A DNA stretch of 64,000 bases from Ruditapes philippinarum (taxonomy: Eukaryota): assembly GCF_026571515.1 (NCBI RefSeq), contig NW_026859995.1, positions 248,001-312,000 on the forward strand. The letters run 5' to 3'. Shown one piece after another: positions 25,270-39,578 of the stretch. The stretch's first letter is position 1. Each line of letters begins with the position of its first letter. The position numbers and the translations under genes are program-made. The notes below the pieces were generated by a model, which worked only from the letters and a program-made list of their open reading frames with translations, did no database searches and had not been told where the DNA came from.

Positions 25270-28200
25270 TTCAAAATTGTAAAAAATAAAGAAAACGAAG
25301 GGAGAGAGACGTTCATAGTTCCTGACAACATCTAAAACACAGGCACGCTGAAAAAGACACCAATGAGTTCACCAAGCAGAACCTGGGCAATATTATAAAA
25401 ATGATTCATTAGATATAGTATGGTGGAAACATTTCAAATTTACGAATTTACGAATTCAACTTCATGAAAAAAAGTTTTTTTAAAAGTGGGATTCGTGAAA
25501 ATTTGGGAAAAGCTGGGGTTTTAAAGAAGTTTTAAAAACGCGAATTTGGTGTTTTTGAAAAACGTGGGGAAATTTATTTAAAAATAAATCGTAAATTCAT
25601 TTTGAAATTTCCCCCCTGGGTCTTCGAAGCATTAAATAGAAAAGCAAATTTATATCAAAGTCGATTTAAATTTAAAAGGGAGGTGCTATAGTCTTAAATT
25701 CACCCCTGATTGCGAAACCTTTAGGATCCCAATTTTCTTTTTATTATTATTTTTAAATTTAATTTAAAATTAATTTTTTTGTCATAATTTTTGAAGGGAA
25801 CGTTTTTTTGACCCTCACGGAAAACGGGTTTTTGGGAAAAATTTAAATTTTAATTAAGGGTTTAAAGTGCTCGATACTTTAGAGTTTATCTTTCTCTTGA
25901 TTCTTTTATTAACCACCTAGACTCTTTATTATCTCGTAAACTAAGTTTGCAGAATATAGTTACTAGACGCAAAAAAGAGTGGTTACATATGTTTATGAGT
26001 GTACATTGTATATGAATGTATTTTCTTCAATGTGTTTTCTTCAATGTGTTACTTGAAAAGTAAAATTGCAAAACTTGAATTGCCGTCAATGTTACAAATA
26101 GAACAGTGTTATATTTCTTAAAGTTGTGTTTCTCTTGATATTTATGTTTTAAAGTGAAAATTGGTCTGTAAAATAATATCTGTAATACAATAAAAATTTA
26201 TGTTGATACATGCTAAGATATGACAATGTAATATAAATTTACAGACGATAATAAAGTGTTCTAGTACATTATATAAGTATTCTATTCAATTTATGTATAT
26301 TAATACAAAATCACTTATTATAATAAAAGCTCCATGTAAAATGTCATTAGAATATCATAATGATATCTTCCTTTTGATTTTATTAATATTTAAATTAACT
26401 ATGAATACATATGATGCAATTCGATGCAGATGTTAAAGATTAAGTTAGTTTTTTGGCAAAAGCTTACTATTGTGGCGTAAATTTTGTCAAAATTGTTAAG
26501 AACATTAGTGTTTGTACACGTAACATGCTCTGACATAAATCAGTGAAGGTTGTGAGAAAAGAAAAACATAATGTCAGACATCTTTATGACACACATTTAG
26601 AGCCAATATGTTTCGATATCTATTTTCATTTCGGCAAATTTCAATGTAACATGTAAACAAAATAGTGTTTTTATAATATGTTATCTATGATAGCCGGTTG
26701 CAGCAAATTTAAACACACGAGAAACGTTATCGTTTATTGCAAAATGTCTTGGGCAACTTACAAACCCACTGAAACCGTATAAAATGTAAAGTGGAACGTA
26801 TGAACCTCAACGGTCGTTGAAAACAGCAAGGAAAGTGTAAATTCTAGTGACCGGTAGCGTCCATACTGTTAGAAAGACAGGGAATATGTAACACAAACTT
26901 AATGAAGGGATGCCAAAGAAGGTTTTATGTGTTATGTCATTTTTTTTTTCAAAAGGATCAACGTTTATTAAAAGGAAGCTGTCTAACAAGCTTAGAAAAG
27001 AACCCAGGTGGCCATCGCTGACTGAAACAATACTAACGAGACACAGTTACTTATTCTCTATATCATAACACCAAATAACCTTACGCAATCTTATGTGTGA
27101 GTCAATATCAAATCAAAATACGTATTTAGTATAACAGTTTGTGTATAAATACTTACTTTTGGTTTAAAAAAATATATTTTTCAAGTTACAATACAATAAC
27201 AACATAAATAATATGTATACAATATCATTTCTAGCTAAACATCGGTACAGATTTTGGCGATTCAGATTGCCTCATCCAAAATTAAATAATATTATGTTAA
27301 TATTATTATACGAACATAAGACAAAATTAAAAATACCATATTTTGCACAATGGGTTTTACTTTGCGATGTTTCTATCAAAATCACTTTATCAAGAAGTTT
27401 ATTGTTATTTTATTATTCATATTTAATATGTGATTCATGCAATAAAGAGCAAACTTCTTGATAAAGATGGGTTAAATCGCTGCAAAAATCAAAGAGTGAC
27501 TTTATATTTGCAATAGATAGTATTTAACTATTTGTTTTCAGAGTGGATTTTGTTCTTTGATGCGAATAATTTCGCCTGTTGTTACTATAGTACTTAGAGC
27601 AGTTACTATGGCTACATATAATATACGGAAACATTTGTCAGTGAATGTCACTCGAATTTAGCATATTTAATGCATATTGTTACGATTATAAGCAACTATA
27701 TAAATTCATAGTGACGACTACTTTGATATTTAATCTTATAGTCTTGCATTAGCTAGGTTTAATATACGTCACATATATTTTGAGACAGATATATCAATGA
27801 AACTACCGCAATACATTTTCAAACAGCTTAAATCTGCCAAGACAATGATAAATGTAGAAAGGTAATATTGATGTTTGAATTCACCTTTATTCTGATAATT
27901 AGAAACCAGTTTGCCTAAAAGATGACTGCACTCAAACAATATTGCTCCCGATTTTTCCACGAATTCAAAATTACAAAACTGAGGTATATCATCGCAAATC
28001 TTTTAAAATTTGCTATAGAAATTATCATCTTTGTTTTTGTGTGCGTCGGTTGCCGAGTGATTTATGGCGTTGACTTCAATTTACCAACTTGCACCTCACC
28101 GCTAGAGGTTTGAATCCAGCCAGTGACGTTGGACATAGCAGGAAGTTCTCTGCTCACGGAGCGTCGGTTCTTCTACTCAGGTTCCAATTCATGCATCCGT

Positions 28201-29761
28201 GGTCTTCCACCGCCTATACAGCTGGAACGTCGATATACACCTTATCAGTGTTGCTGCAATGTACTTGTAAAATCCAACAGAAAACTGAAAAAAGAAATGT
28301 TTGTTTTTTATCGGATGTAACTTGTCAACAATTTAATATCATTTTTCAAAGAAAATTAAATGCGAGAAAACATTTCCCAATAAATAAGCATATTTTTGTT
28401 CAAATTACAATGATCCTGTTCTGACCGCATTCTAATATACGTCCATGTGTTCTCTTGGCAGTGCAATTTATGAGTTTCTTCCACAGATTCTAAAAAACGT
28501 TTACAAACGAGACAGATATATTACGAAAATGCATTTCAGTAGAAAAGGAACACTTTGAAGGTTTGAAATAGACAACATTTTTATAAAACGTAGCAGTTAC
28601 AATATTTTAACTAATTGAAAGATCCTCGTATTTTCGTGCGTATAATAAATGCTGTTTATATTAAAGAAAAAATACACGCCATTTCTAGAAACAGGTTTTC
28701 AATTTAATTATCTTCATCAGCCTCTTGCAATGATAAAATTGTTTCCAAAACATGGCCTATCCGCTCTTTTCACTCGATTCAAATTAAGGTTTATAGTTTT
28801 CATTATCAACTTATTGCGTTTTCCCCTACATTAATAATTTTACGATAGCTTTATTCAGCAGGGAGACATATACATTCATGTATAAATGTTCTGTATTCCC
28901 TAGTGTCATTTTGTCTGAACATCTAGTTATATTTTTATTGTTGCTTTCATTAATAGTCTTAATTATGCTTCACGTGAATTTTATCTTCTACTCGTGAATG
29001 CAATTGTCTTTCCTATTCCTGTATGAACTTTTAGTTATTTAGTCCATTTTACTAACGACTGAGAAAGTACCTAAATAAACACATTAATCAAATAACTTGT
29101 TAGAATACGATATACCTCGTGAATGAGTGACTAAAATAAGAATGGTTGTTTTATCTAGCCTCATATATCCGCTGACCTTATGTAAAACTACAGCATAAAA
29201 ATCAAGCAAATATAAAATTGAATAATATAATAATAACAAATAATGTTTTATTTTACTTTTAAAAAACGGATTTTCTTCCCCTTGGAGATTTTGATATTTT
29301 TTAGAAAATTGTTATAAAAAATCTCCTTTTAAAACCCCCATAACCCCAGTAAACCAAAAGTGTTTTAATTTTTTTTCGTAAGAAAACAATTTTAAATGTA
29401 GCGTGTTTGTATTTTTTTCTGGGGAAAAACATAATTTTCAGTTTTCAGCCCTCCCGAATATTCACTATCAAAAATTGTTTTAAACCCTTCTATTTTCATA
29501 TAAGCATATTGTTTAAAATTTTCCCGCGGGAAAAAAAGTAAATTAAAAAGGGCTATCACAAGATATACCAAATTTCACGGACCAAAATAAAACTTTAGCC
29601 CAAAAAAACTTTTATTATTTAAAAAATTTAAAGTGGAATGGAACGCTTTTATCACAAAAAACAAAAATAATTTTGCATTCCCTTCTTTTCAATCACTTTA
29701 CCCCTATTAAAACATACACATATACATATTTGTGATAGTACTATCACATAACTGTGATATA

Positions 29762-31192
29762 CTATAATGTCGATGGTATGTGCTGTAGTTGAATACGGTC
29801 TGTTTGTGTTTGCGTTCGACTTGTGGTAAATACTTCACTAAATTTCCGACGGACGTCCGCTACCAGTTTACTCCATTCATGCTTAAACAAGGTCCCACTG
29901 ACGACATACAAGAAAACATTACAGGTGAAATTGCTGTAGACAAGCATCAAAATAATGGCAGTTATCAGCTGGTGTTGAGCAAAACACCGTTCATCCAGGT
30001 TTTTCAAATCACTTTGGACAACCATCTAAGAGCTGTATGGAAATGTCTTTATCAAAAATGCACCGCTTAAAAGAAAAAGCATTCTTGTCGGCGACTTTCT
30101 TTGTTGTTGATTTCGTGTGTCAGCACCGCTTATTTCAGGATGAACGGGTCTCAACTTTTTTTTTGTTGCAGAATAGTAAAAGTGATTGTCAAGTTCCCAA
30201 GTATTATTATGATTATTGGAATTATATTCAGAAAAAAGAGAACAAGAATTCCCCATGTTTCTGAAAAAAAATGTTTCATATTCGTCGGAGCTATATATAC
30301 ACTTAAAAACCTTGTGAGACCTTGTTAGCTTAGTTGATGTAAAAACTTCCATTTCAACAAGATGCCAAACATTAAAGCAGCATGCCTCCAGAATCATGCC
30401 CATTTTCATGAAAATTTTAAAAAAATGTATTGGAAAGTAAAATATTATTTAATTTAAATAATCAAAGAAAATAATTTTCGCATTGCAAACAGCATTTGCA
30501 ATCCACGTAAATAACCCAAAAAGAGGTCAAAATAAGCAAAAATAGCCCCTACTTCTGCAAAATCAGCCCTTAATAGCACATAACATGTAATTCATTACTC
30601 GAATCGTTATTTTTTTAATTTTTCTTAAAACCTAAGTACATTTTCTCAGGTTTAATTTTCTTGACATATTTTGGTTCATCTGGAGGCATTCAGCTTTAAA
30701 TGACTTGAAAACACGATAATCACTTGAAAAAAGTGGCAAAGCAAAAAACGGCAAAACCTTGGTGTCATTTTTTGGGGCGAAATAAAATAAATTTGTGTCA
30801 GAAAAAACCCGTTCAAACGTCAAAAAAACAGCAGCCCTAAAGGAAAACCCAAACCCGAAGCCCTTACCAAAAAAACTAAAACTTTAACAAAAGTAAAAAT
30901 TTTTCATAAACTAAAACGTATTCCCGAATTTTTTATTTTTATGTACAAATTTCCCACCCCAAAAAAAACAAGGCGGACCCCCCCAAAAAAGTAAAAAGAC
31001 GCCGGGAGAGTATTTCCGCTTTCCCTTTCTTTTAAAATTAACAAAATTTTAAAATTTTTGCCAAAGGGGTTTCCCACCGTATCAAAAAAAAATGGGAAAA
31101 GTACGCCAAATTAGTACCCCGAGGGAAACCCTTTCCCTTAAGATTATATTTAGAGGTGACTTTGTAAATTGGGATGGGGTATCATTTAAAAT
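29762..31192 (-). pseudogene. GPCR copy 2 pseudogene
   Basis: Homologous to copy 3, with TAC>TAG at 30026-30028 and a 320-bp TTAA-flanked MITE at 30376-30695. The 5' half is further garbled by homopolymer-type errors. Confidence 0.85.
30376..30695. mobile_element. Kolobok-like MITE inserted in the GPCR copy 2 CDS
   Basis: TTAA TSD at 30372-30375 and 30696-30699. TIR AGCAGCATGCCTCCAGA / TCTGGAGGCATTCAGCT. Empty site cattaaatgac in copies 1 and 3. Confidence 0.85.
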
Positions 31193-31641
31193 ACCCAGCT
31201 GTTTTCAAAATAGCGAATACTTTACCCTTTGTTTACCCTCATATATAAAAAGATTTTTTTTAGTGTAACTTTAACCCCGGGGAGAGCCAGAAACAGAAGC
31301 ATTTTTGGTCAAAAAGTGTTTCGGGTGAAATAAAATAGGGTTAGCGAAAAAGCTTTAATACTCTTTTTTGTAATTAAAATTTTATGTATCCCTTTAATTA
31401 AATTAAACTATTTTTTAAAAAAATTTTAACCAAAGAAAATTAATTTTTTAAAGGGTTTACGAAAAAGTTATTTATCAATTGTCCTTTGTTTTTTTTCTTT
31501 TTAACTTTTTTTCCCAGGAGAGGTCTTTTCTCTATTCTGTTTCATGTGTAAGCTATTGACTCAAGATATTTATAAATAAACTGATTAAGCTGTCTTTCAT
31601 AATTCGCAATCAAATTAACAACAGAGATCAATTGTCATATA

Positions 31642-31677
31642 CGAGGGCTGTCCGGAAAGTTCGTAGACAAGGCCTCG
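31642..31677. mobile_element. 36-bp remnant of the same mariner-like element
   Basis: cgagggctgtccggaaagttcgtagacaagg is identical to the left end at 47433 and is followed by the terminal cctcg. Absent at the homologous sites in units 1 and 3 (catatacgttatcat). Confidence 0.85.
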
Positions 31678-33734
31678 TTATCATCTATGTCAAGTCATCA
31701 ATATAAATATTTTTAACAGTATTTATGTTAAGTAATGATTATTGTTAACATACACTTAAAAGATAGAAGAATTGATATTTGATATTAAATTTTAAACACG
31801 TTTTAATTAAATTTCTTTATTTGACTATGTACAATGTTACCTTTTTCCGCATGAGCATTTTACGAAAAATGGCTGTTTTCATTGAAAGGTCAAACTGCTA
31901 TGAAACTATAAACAAAATTCTTCAATTCTGATCAAACTTGGCAAAAATGTTGACTGCACAGAAACCTTTGTAAAAGCATGCTCAATCTTACATTTCTTGT
32001 TACCAAAGCAAAGGGAGAACGTCTCAAAATTGCCAAAATCACTATTTTGCGTTGTCTTATATCCAAAGCTAGTGTTATGCTCTGAAAGACTTGTGTTTTA
32101 TCTGCGAATTTCAGCACTAAACCTCATTTTTTCGACTCACAACTCCGACGTTCACTTTACTACCATTAAAGCTGGAAATATACCATATGAAATATGTGTA
32201 TATGAAATATATATGTATACATACGAAGTAAATTGAAAATGCTAAAGGCTGAACAAGTTTCCTTTGAATAACGGATTCAATTCATAATTTTATTTATTTT
32301 TATTCCCTTTGGTAAAGCGAAAGGATTGAATTTGTTTAACAAGTTAAATTTAAGCAGAAACATATTTAATCTTTCATTTAATATATTTTTTCAATTTGTC
32401 TGCAATGAAGATATTAGTTATTATTTCATACAAAACAAAAAAGTGTCTGTTTCATTTTCCTAACTTTAGGTATCAGTTGCGTCTTATGATGAATAAAATC
32501 AAGTTAATTTATATTATATTTTTATAAAAGATTATTACATAAATGTCATATAATTATATAGAATATCATTTTATTGCATTTTATTACATTAATATCGCGT
32601 TAGAAATTACAAAACATTCTGTTTATTATCAAGTTAGAGCAATACACTTGTTTTTTTATGATTTTATAATTTGTTTTTGAGTCAGCAATATGCGACATTT
32701 TTAAGTCTTGCAAGAATATGATTTGTTTTTTTTCCTCGAAAAGTAAATTGAAAAACGGTATTATATCAATATGTTTAACCACAGCATATTTCCTGGTTTG
32801 AATTGCCTTATTATGTGTCGCAGCTCGAATTTTTCGATATGATTTGCTTGAAGTAATTTAGGGTCATATAATTTTATCAAAAATAAATTGCTGTACGTTT
32901 GTCCGTATGTAGATCTTAATATGTATACATTTCCATCAGATGAAAAATGTCATATAAAGGTTATTATACATGCATGCATTGTTATGACAAAGAGCTAACT
33001 GATTAAATTATTTTAACTTTATATGCTCAATAACATGACTGTATAAATTTCAAAAACAAGCAAGAATTAGAAGTCTTGACAACAAGGCAAAGCGGGCAAA
33101 AGATACGTATCGGTTGAAATTTTTCTTTAGACCAAGTAAGATCGCTTATATGATGTGCAATAACAAAGTATTGTGAAATTTGATTTATTCTGACAATGTT
33201 ATTGACAAGTGATTCAAGTCAATAATTGTGTGAATTAAATTTTTTGCAAGATTAAGAACAATTATATCCACGCCTGATCAATTTAATTGTGTAAATACAT
33301 GTACGTACTAATAAACTTTAACCTATACTTATGCCTCAGATATCTATATTTGTCTTAATTCTCTGTAAACAACGTAGTATTTGGACTTTCATACAAATTA
33401 CTTATTCATTTCTTATACTATTTGGCAACAGACCAAAAAAAAGGAAAATAGATAGTTTTTGTATATGGGCAACTAATATTTCTTGGAAACTGTTTCAAGA
33501 TACTCCAGACACGTTTTTGAGAAATACTCATTACAACATTTTAAGGCACAATGTGCGTTTCAAAATTTTAAAAATAAAGAGGAAGAAGGGAGAGAGACGT
33601 TCATAGTTCCTGTCAACATCTAAAACACAGGAACACTGAAAGAGGCACCAATGAGATCACCAAGTAGAACCTGGGCAAAATCATGAAAATGATACAAGAA
33701 ATAATGTATAGTGCGAAAGTATGATGGGGACATT

Positions 33735-33930
33735 TCAACTTCACGAATTCACGAATTCAACTTCATGAAAAGAAGTTAATATCGTACATTCGTGAAAATG
33801 AAATCGTGAATTCATGAAGTTAAAATCCCGATTTTGTGTTGTTGAAATCGTGAATTCATGAAGTTCAAATCCCGACTTTGTGATGTTAAAATCGGGAATT
33901 CATGAAGATGAAATTGGGAATTCGTGAAAC
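33735..33930. repeat. Short tandem array of gaaatcgtgaattcatgaagtt-type units (paralogs ~13550-13690 and ~25435-25610)
   Basis: Repeated ~21-22-bp units containing GAATTC and TTCATGAA palindromes. Confidence 0.7.
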
Positions 33931-35272
33931 TGGTCTTAGAATCATTTAATAGAAAGCATTCATATCGAAGTCGACTTAATTAAGTAGCAGGTGTTATATG
34001 TCTTAAATTTACCGACTCTTGTGACCTTTAGGATCCTTGTATCATATACTATTTTTTCAGACTTTATTAATTCTGAATTTAAAAAGTAAAGAAAACAAAC
34101 TGACTATAATCACAATAGTAACACAATTAATATCATAAATAGACATCACTATCCGTTTTTGTTAATTAATTTAAGTTAATGTGCTCGATGCTGAGAGTAA
34201 TCTTTCACTAGATTCTTTTATTAACCACTTAGACTCTTTATTATCTCGTAAACTATGTTTGCAGAATATAGCTAACGAAGCTAAAAAGAGTAGTTATATA
34301 TGTTTATGGGTCGCATGCATTATATATGAATGTATTTTCTTCACTGTCGTACTTGAAAAGTAAAATTGCAATACTTGAATTGCCGTAAATGTTACAAATG
34401 GTACAGTGTTATATTTCTTAAACTTGTGTTTCTCTTGATAGTGAAGTGGTCTGTAAAATAATATCTGTCATACAATAAAAATTTATGTTGACACGACATG
34501 ATAATGTCATATAAATTTACAGACGATAATAAAGTGTTCTAGAACATTATATAAGTATTCTATTCAAAGTATGTATATTAATACAAAATCACTTAAAAGC
34601 TCTATGAAAAATTGTCATTAGAATGTCATAATGATATCTTCCTTTTGATTTTATTAATATTTAAATTAACTATGAATACATATGATGCAATTCGACGCAG
34701 ATGTTAAGATAAGTTAGTTTGGCAAATGCTTACTATTGTGGCGTAAATTTTGTCAAAATTGTTAACAACGTTAGTGTTTGTATATCTGACATGCTCTGAT
34801 ATAAAGCAGTAAAGGTTGTGAGAAAGGAAAGACATAATGTCAGACATCTTTATGACACACATTAAGAGCCAATATGTTTCGATATCTCTTTTCATTTCGG
34901 CAAATTTCAATGTAACATATAAACAAAATAGTGTTTTTATAATAAGTTATCTATGATGGCCGGTTGCGGCAAATTCATCACACGAGCAATGTTATTGTTC
35001 AAAACAAAATGTCGCGGGCAACTTACAAACCCTCTGAAACCGTATAAAAAGTCGAGGGGAGCATATGGATCTCAACAGTTGTTGAAAACAGCAAGGAAAA
35101 TGTTAACTCCAGTGGCCGGTAGCGTCCATGATTTGACTCGACATTTCTCGCTTGTCTATAAAAAAATCGAAAAACAGAAAAGAAAAGAAATCAGCGACAA
35201 TTTTTGCACTTGTTGAAAAACGACATTTAAACAACAACAACACGTACAGTTTTTCAAAATAATATTATTTCT

Positions 35273-35313
35273 TTATCGACGCGTTTCGGTGAACAACACC
35301 TTCATCAGAATAA
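35273..35313 (-). ncRNA. Minimal type I hammerhead ribozyme, second copy
   Basis: The - strand reads TTATT-CTGATGA-A-GGTG-TTGTT-CACC-GAAA-CGCG-TC-GATAA. Core intact, 4-bp stem II, U-G wobble in stem I. Confidence 0.85.
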
Positions 35314-38300
35314 TAATAATAATAATAATGACGTAATAATTATAGCGTAACATAAGTTGGCGGAAAAATGACGTTACGTTAATAATATCAAGCTAAACAT
35401 CGGTACAGATTTTGGCGATCCAGAAGATTTAATAAATTGTCACATCCAAGATTAAAAATTTTAACATTATTATTACAAAATAAGACAAAGTAAAAAAAAA
35501 CACTTTATAAAGCAAATTGGGTATCAGTCTGCGATTTTTTTTGCACTTGTTGTAGAAATTCTATTAAAAGTCGAGAGGAACAACCATAGGCCGCGACCTT
35601 TTGTTCCTCAACAACGGTCTCGTAAAATATTGCGGCTAGTAATAGCAATTTCCAGCAACGCAACGTGGCGACATTTTATTCGTAAATATTCAGGAGTTTG
35701 GTTTAAATATCAACAGGTGTGTTTTTTCCTTATAATATTTGTATAACGTATATGGCCAATACCTAGCCCAAATTGATTACTTACTGTAGGTACGGTTAGA
35801 AACACAGGAAATATGTAACACAAATTTTATAAAGGGATGCCAAATAAGGTGTCCTCTGTTATGTCAATTTTGTCAAAAACTTCAAAGTTTATTAAAAGGA
35901 AGCCGTCTAAAAAGCTTAGAAAAGTACCAAGGTGGCCATCGCTGACTGAAACAATACTCACGAGGCACAATTACTTATTCTCTATATCATAACACCAAAT
36001 AACCTTTCGCTACTTTATGTGTGATTCAATACAATATTAAAATATGTATTTAGTATAACATTTTGTATATTTATACTATCTATTGGTTTGAACATATTTA
36101 TTTTCATAAAGTTACAATACAATTACATCATAAAGAAAATGTATACAATATCTAGCTAAACATCGGTACAGATTTGGCGATCCAGATGATTTAACAAATT
36201 GTCTCATCCAAGATTAAATATGTTAACATTATTATAAGAAAATAAGACAAAGTAAAAAAACACTATAAAAAGCACAATGGGTATCAGTCTGCGATGTTTT
36301 TATTAACACCTCTTTATCAAAAAGTTAACTATTATTATATGAATCATATTTAATATGTGATTCATGAAATAAAGAGCAAACTTCTTGATAAAGAGGTGTT
36401 AAAACCCTTAAAGAAATCGAAGATTGGCTGTTTGCAATATTAAGTATCTAATTTTATTTAATTCTTTATACCTTATTTTAAGTTTCAAGAGTGGATTCTG
36501 TTTATTGATGTGAATAATGTTGCCTGTTGTTTCTATAGTACCTACAGCAGTTACTATGGCTACATATAATACAAGGAAACACTTGTCAGTGAATGTCACT
36601 CAAATTAACTACATTTAATACGTATTTCATGATTATAAGCAACTTTATAAATTGATAGTGACTTCTTTGATATTTAATCTTATAGTTTTGCTTTAGCTAG
36701 GTTTAATTTACCTCACATATATTTTGAGGCAAGATATCGATTGAATTATAATTACAATACATTTCCAAACAGCTTGATTATTTGATTCTTTTTTATTCAA
36801 GTACAGCTCTTATTTTCTCTATTTTGATACCGTTATGTGTGCCGACACAATGCGTCTGTTAGGAGAGGTTATATTGATGTTTTGATTTATCTTTTTTCTA
36901 TTAATAAAAACAATGTGCCTAAACAGTGACTACACTAATACAAGATTGAATATAACTCATTTTTTCTCCCGATTTCTCCAATATTTCCAAATTACAAAAC
37001 AGAGGTAAATCATCGGGAGTCTTGCAAAAAGTATTTGTGTTTGATATTCGGCGGCCGAGTGATTAATGTCTTTGGCTTGAATTAACCCACTTGCACTTCA
37101 CCGCTAAGGGTTTGAATCCCGCCAATGTCTTTGGATTCTTACACGCCAGGAAGCTCTCAAGTCAGCTTACGGAACGTCGTTTTTTTTCTTCAGGTGCACA
37201 TTCGTGGCTGATAAAAAGCACGGAGGGACACCTGGCCCCTTAACAACGGTAAAACTGGGAAATCGGCTTATACTATCAGTGATGGAGCGATGTTCTAGTA
37301 AAGCCCAACCAAAAACAATCTTTATGTTGTGTTTTTTTTCGATTGGATGTAACAGATCAACAATTTAATATTCTTTCAAAAACAAATAGATATGACAGAA
37401 GAAACATTAAAAAAATGTGCGCACAATTTTTTTCTTCTCCATTACAATGATCCTGTACATGAAATTGTCATGTATGTCATGCTTATAAAATGTGAAGCGT
37501 ACTATAGAAAACAAACAATTTTTACGAATGGTTCGGAAGTAGAGACTATTCTAAACGCTTTTATAGCACATACGTCAAGCGATCACAATTGAAAGTCTTG
37601 GATTACGAGCTTGGGTAACAATAGGCTATAACTGTTATGGGTTGGGACCTTTGGTCAGCTATTTATTCAAAACTAAGTATTGTAATAAACCACTTAATGT
37701 ACCGAACACTAAGACTTGTAATAAACTTAAGCCAAAAAAAATCATTAAAAATTTTAATATACGCAAATATCACATTCTCTTACAACAGTCAATCACAAAA
37801 ATATATTAAGAGAAATTATAAGAAATTAATATAAGAACATCTATAATGTCAACAATACGTCACTTTTATTTTGTTAAAGTGTTATATTCTAGTTAAAAAC
37901 AGGAATGTTATAAGATTTGCCCTCTGTCTGTCAGTCCGTCGTCTGTCTTTCTTTCCCTAAAAACTGTTTCCTGAGAAAAGGAAAAAAGTTAAAACATCAG
38001 TAATACATATTTATCCTGCAAAAATATGATTTGTTGTAAAATGTTGCTGGGGTTCTATCCGGTAGCGAACTTTCAGTTTGCTTACAATACTTTGATAACT
38101 GCTTGTTTAGTCTTTATTGGCATCTGAAAAAGTGACAGCTGTAAACTACCAGCCGTATTCTACCTACTACTTTGAAGTGTTTCACAGGCATCAGGAAATG
38201 CTTTCTTCAATGAGTTCTCTTTGCAATTTATCAGCTTCTGCGACGGATTCCAAAAATATGATTACTTTCAGCTTTTCGAAACTAGACAGAGTTATTACAA

Positions 38301-39578
38301 AAAATGAATTTCAGTAGAATTGGAACACTTTGAAGGTTTAAAATAGACAACATTTTTATCAAACGTAGCAGTTACAATATTTTAACTTATTGAATGACCC
38401 TCGTATGTCCGTGCATATAACAAAATGCTTTTAATATTAAAAAATACACGCCTTTTTTGAAGACAAGACTGATTTTCAATGTGATTATCATCCTCAGCCT
38501 CTTGCAATAATAAATAAATTGATTCCAAATTCCAAAACATTGCCAATCCGCACTTTTCACTCGATTCGATTTAAGGTTTATAGTTTTCATAATCATATAT
38601 ATAAGTTAATTACTACTTTTCCACTACATCGATAATTTTACGATAGCTATATTCAGCAGGGAGATATATGTATTCATGTATAAATGTTCTGTATTCCCTA
38701 GTGTGATTTTCTCGAAACATCTAGTAACATTTTTATTGTTGCTTTCATTAAAAAGTCTTAAATATGCTTTAAGTGAAATTTATCTTCTACTCGTGAATGC
38801 GATTGTCTTTCCTAGTCATGTATGAACTTTTAGTCCTTCAGTCCATTTTACTAACAATTTAGGAAGTACTTAAAATAAACACATTAATCAAATAACTTGT
38901 TAGAATACGATATACCTTGTTAATGAGTGATTAAAATATGAATGGTTGTTTTATCTAGCCTCATATATCCGTTAACCTTATGTAAAACTAATACAATAAA
39001 ATAAAAGTCAAGCAAATATAAAAATTAATAATATAATAATAACAAATAACGTTTTATTTTACTTTTAAAAGACGGATTATCTTCCGCTTTGGAAGATTTA
39101 AAATATTTGTTGTAGAAATTGTTATTATCAAAATACGAACCTTTCAAGCAATATAACCTTAGTTAACCGGAGAGTGCTGAATTTTATTCTGGAAGTAGAA
39201 ACAAGTCATAAATATGAGTGTGTGTTGGATTTTATTCTGGGAACTAGTCATAATTGTCAGTTATGTTCAGCATCATGAATCATGCATCATGCAACATTGT
39301 TTCAAACATTCTATTTACATATAATTACATATTATTTTAACTTCCCGCGATAAAACAACGTACTTAAAATGGACCATAGCAAGATTTACCAATTGCACGT
39401 GACAAGATATATCTGGGCAGAAAAATACATTTCATTTATAAAAATTGAAATTCGGAGTGGTAACGCTTGAATCACTGATAAAAGCATAATCCCTTCTTGC
39501 AATCACTTAACACCATTAAGTATACACATATACATATTTGTGATAGTACTATCAAATTACTGTGATCTACTATAATGT

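Larger units (their letters stand above)
23040..32680. repeat. Segmental duplication unit 2 (GPCR cassette)
   Basis: Collinear with 7260-20570 minus the satellite expansion and several insertions. Boundaries approximate. Confidence 0.85.

Noticed and set aside
30700-31510. Hypermutation or editing of GPCR copy 2
   Set aside because: Changes are homopolymer expansions of all four bases and extend into non-coding flanks, which fits sequencing error better.
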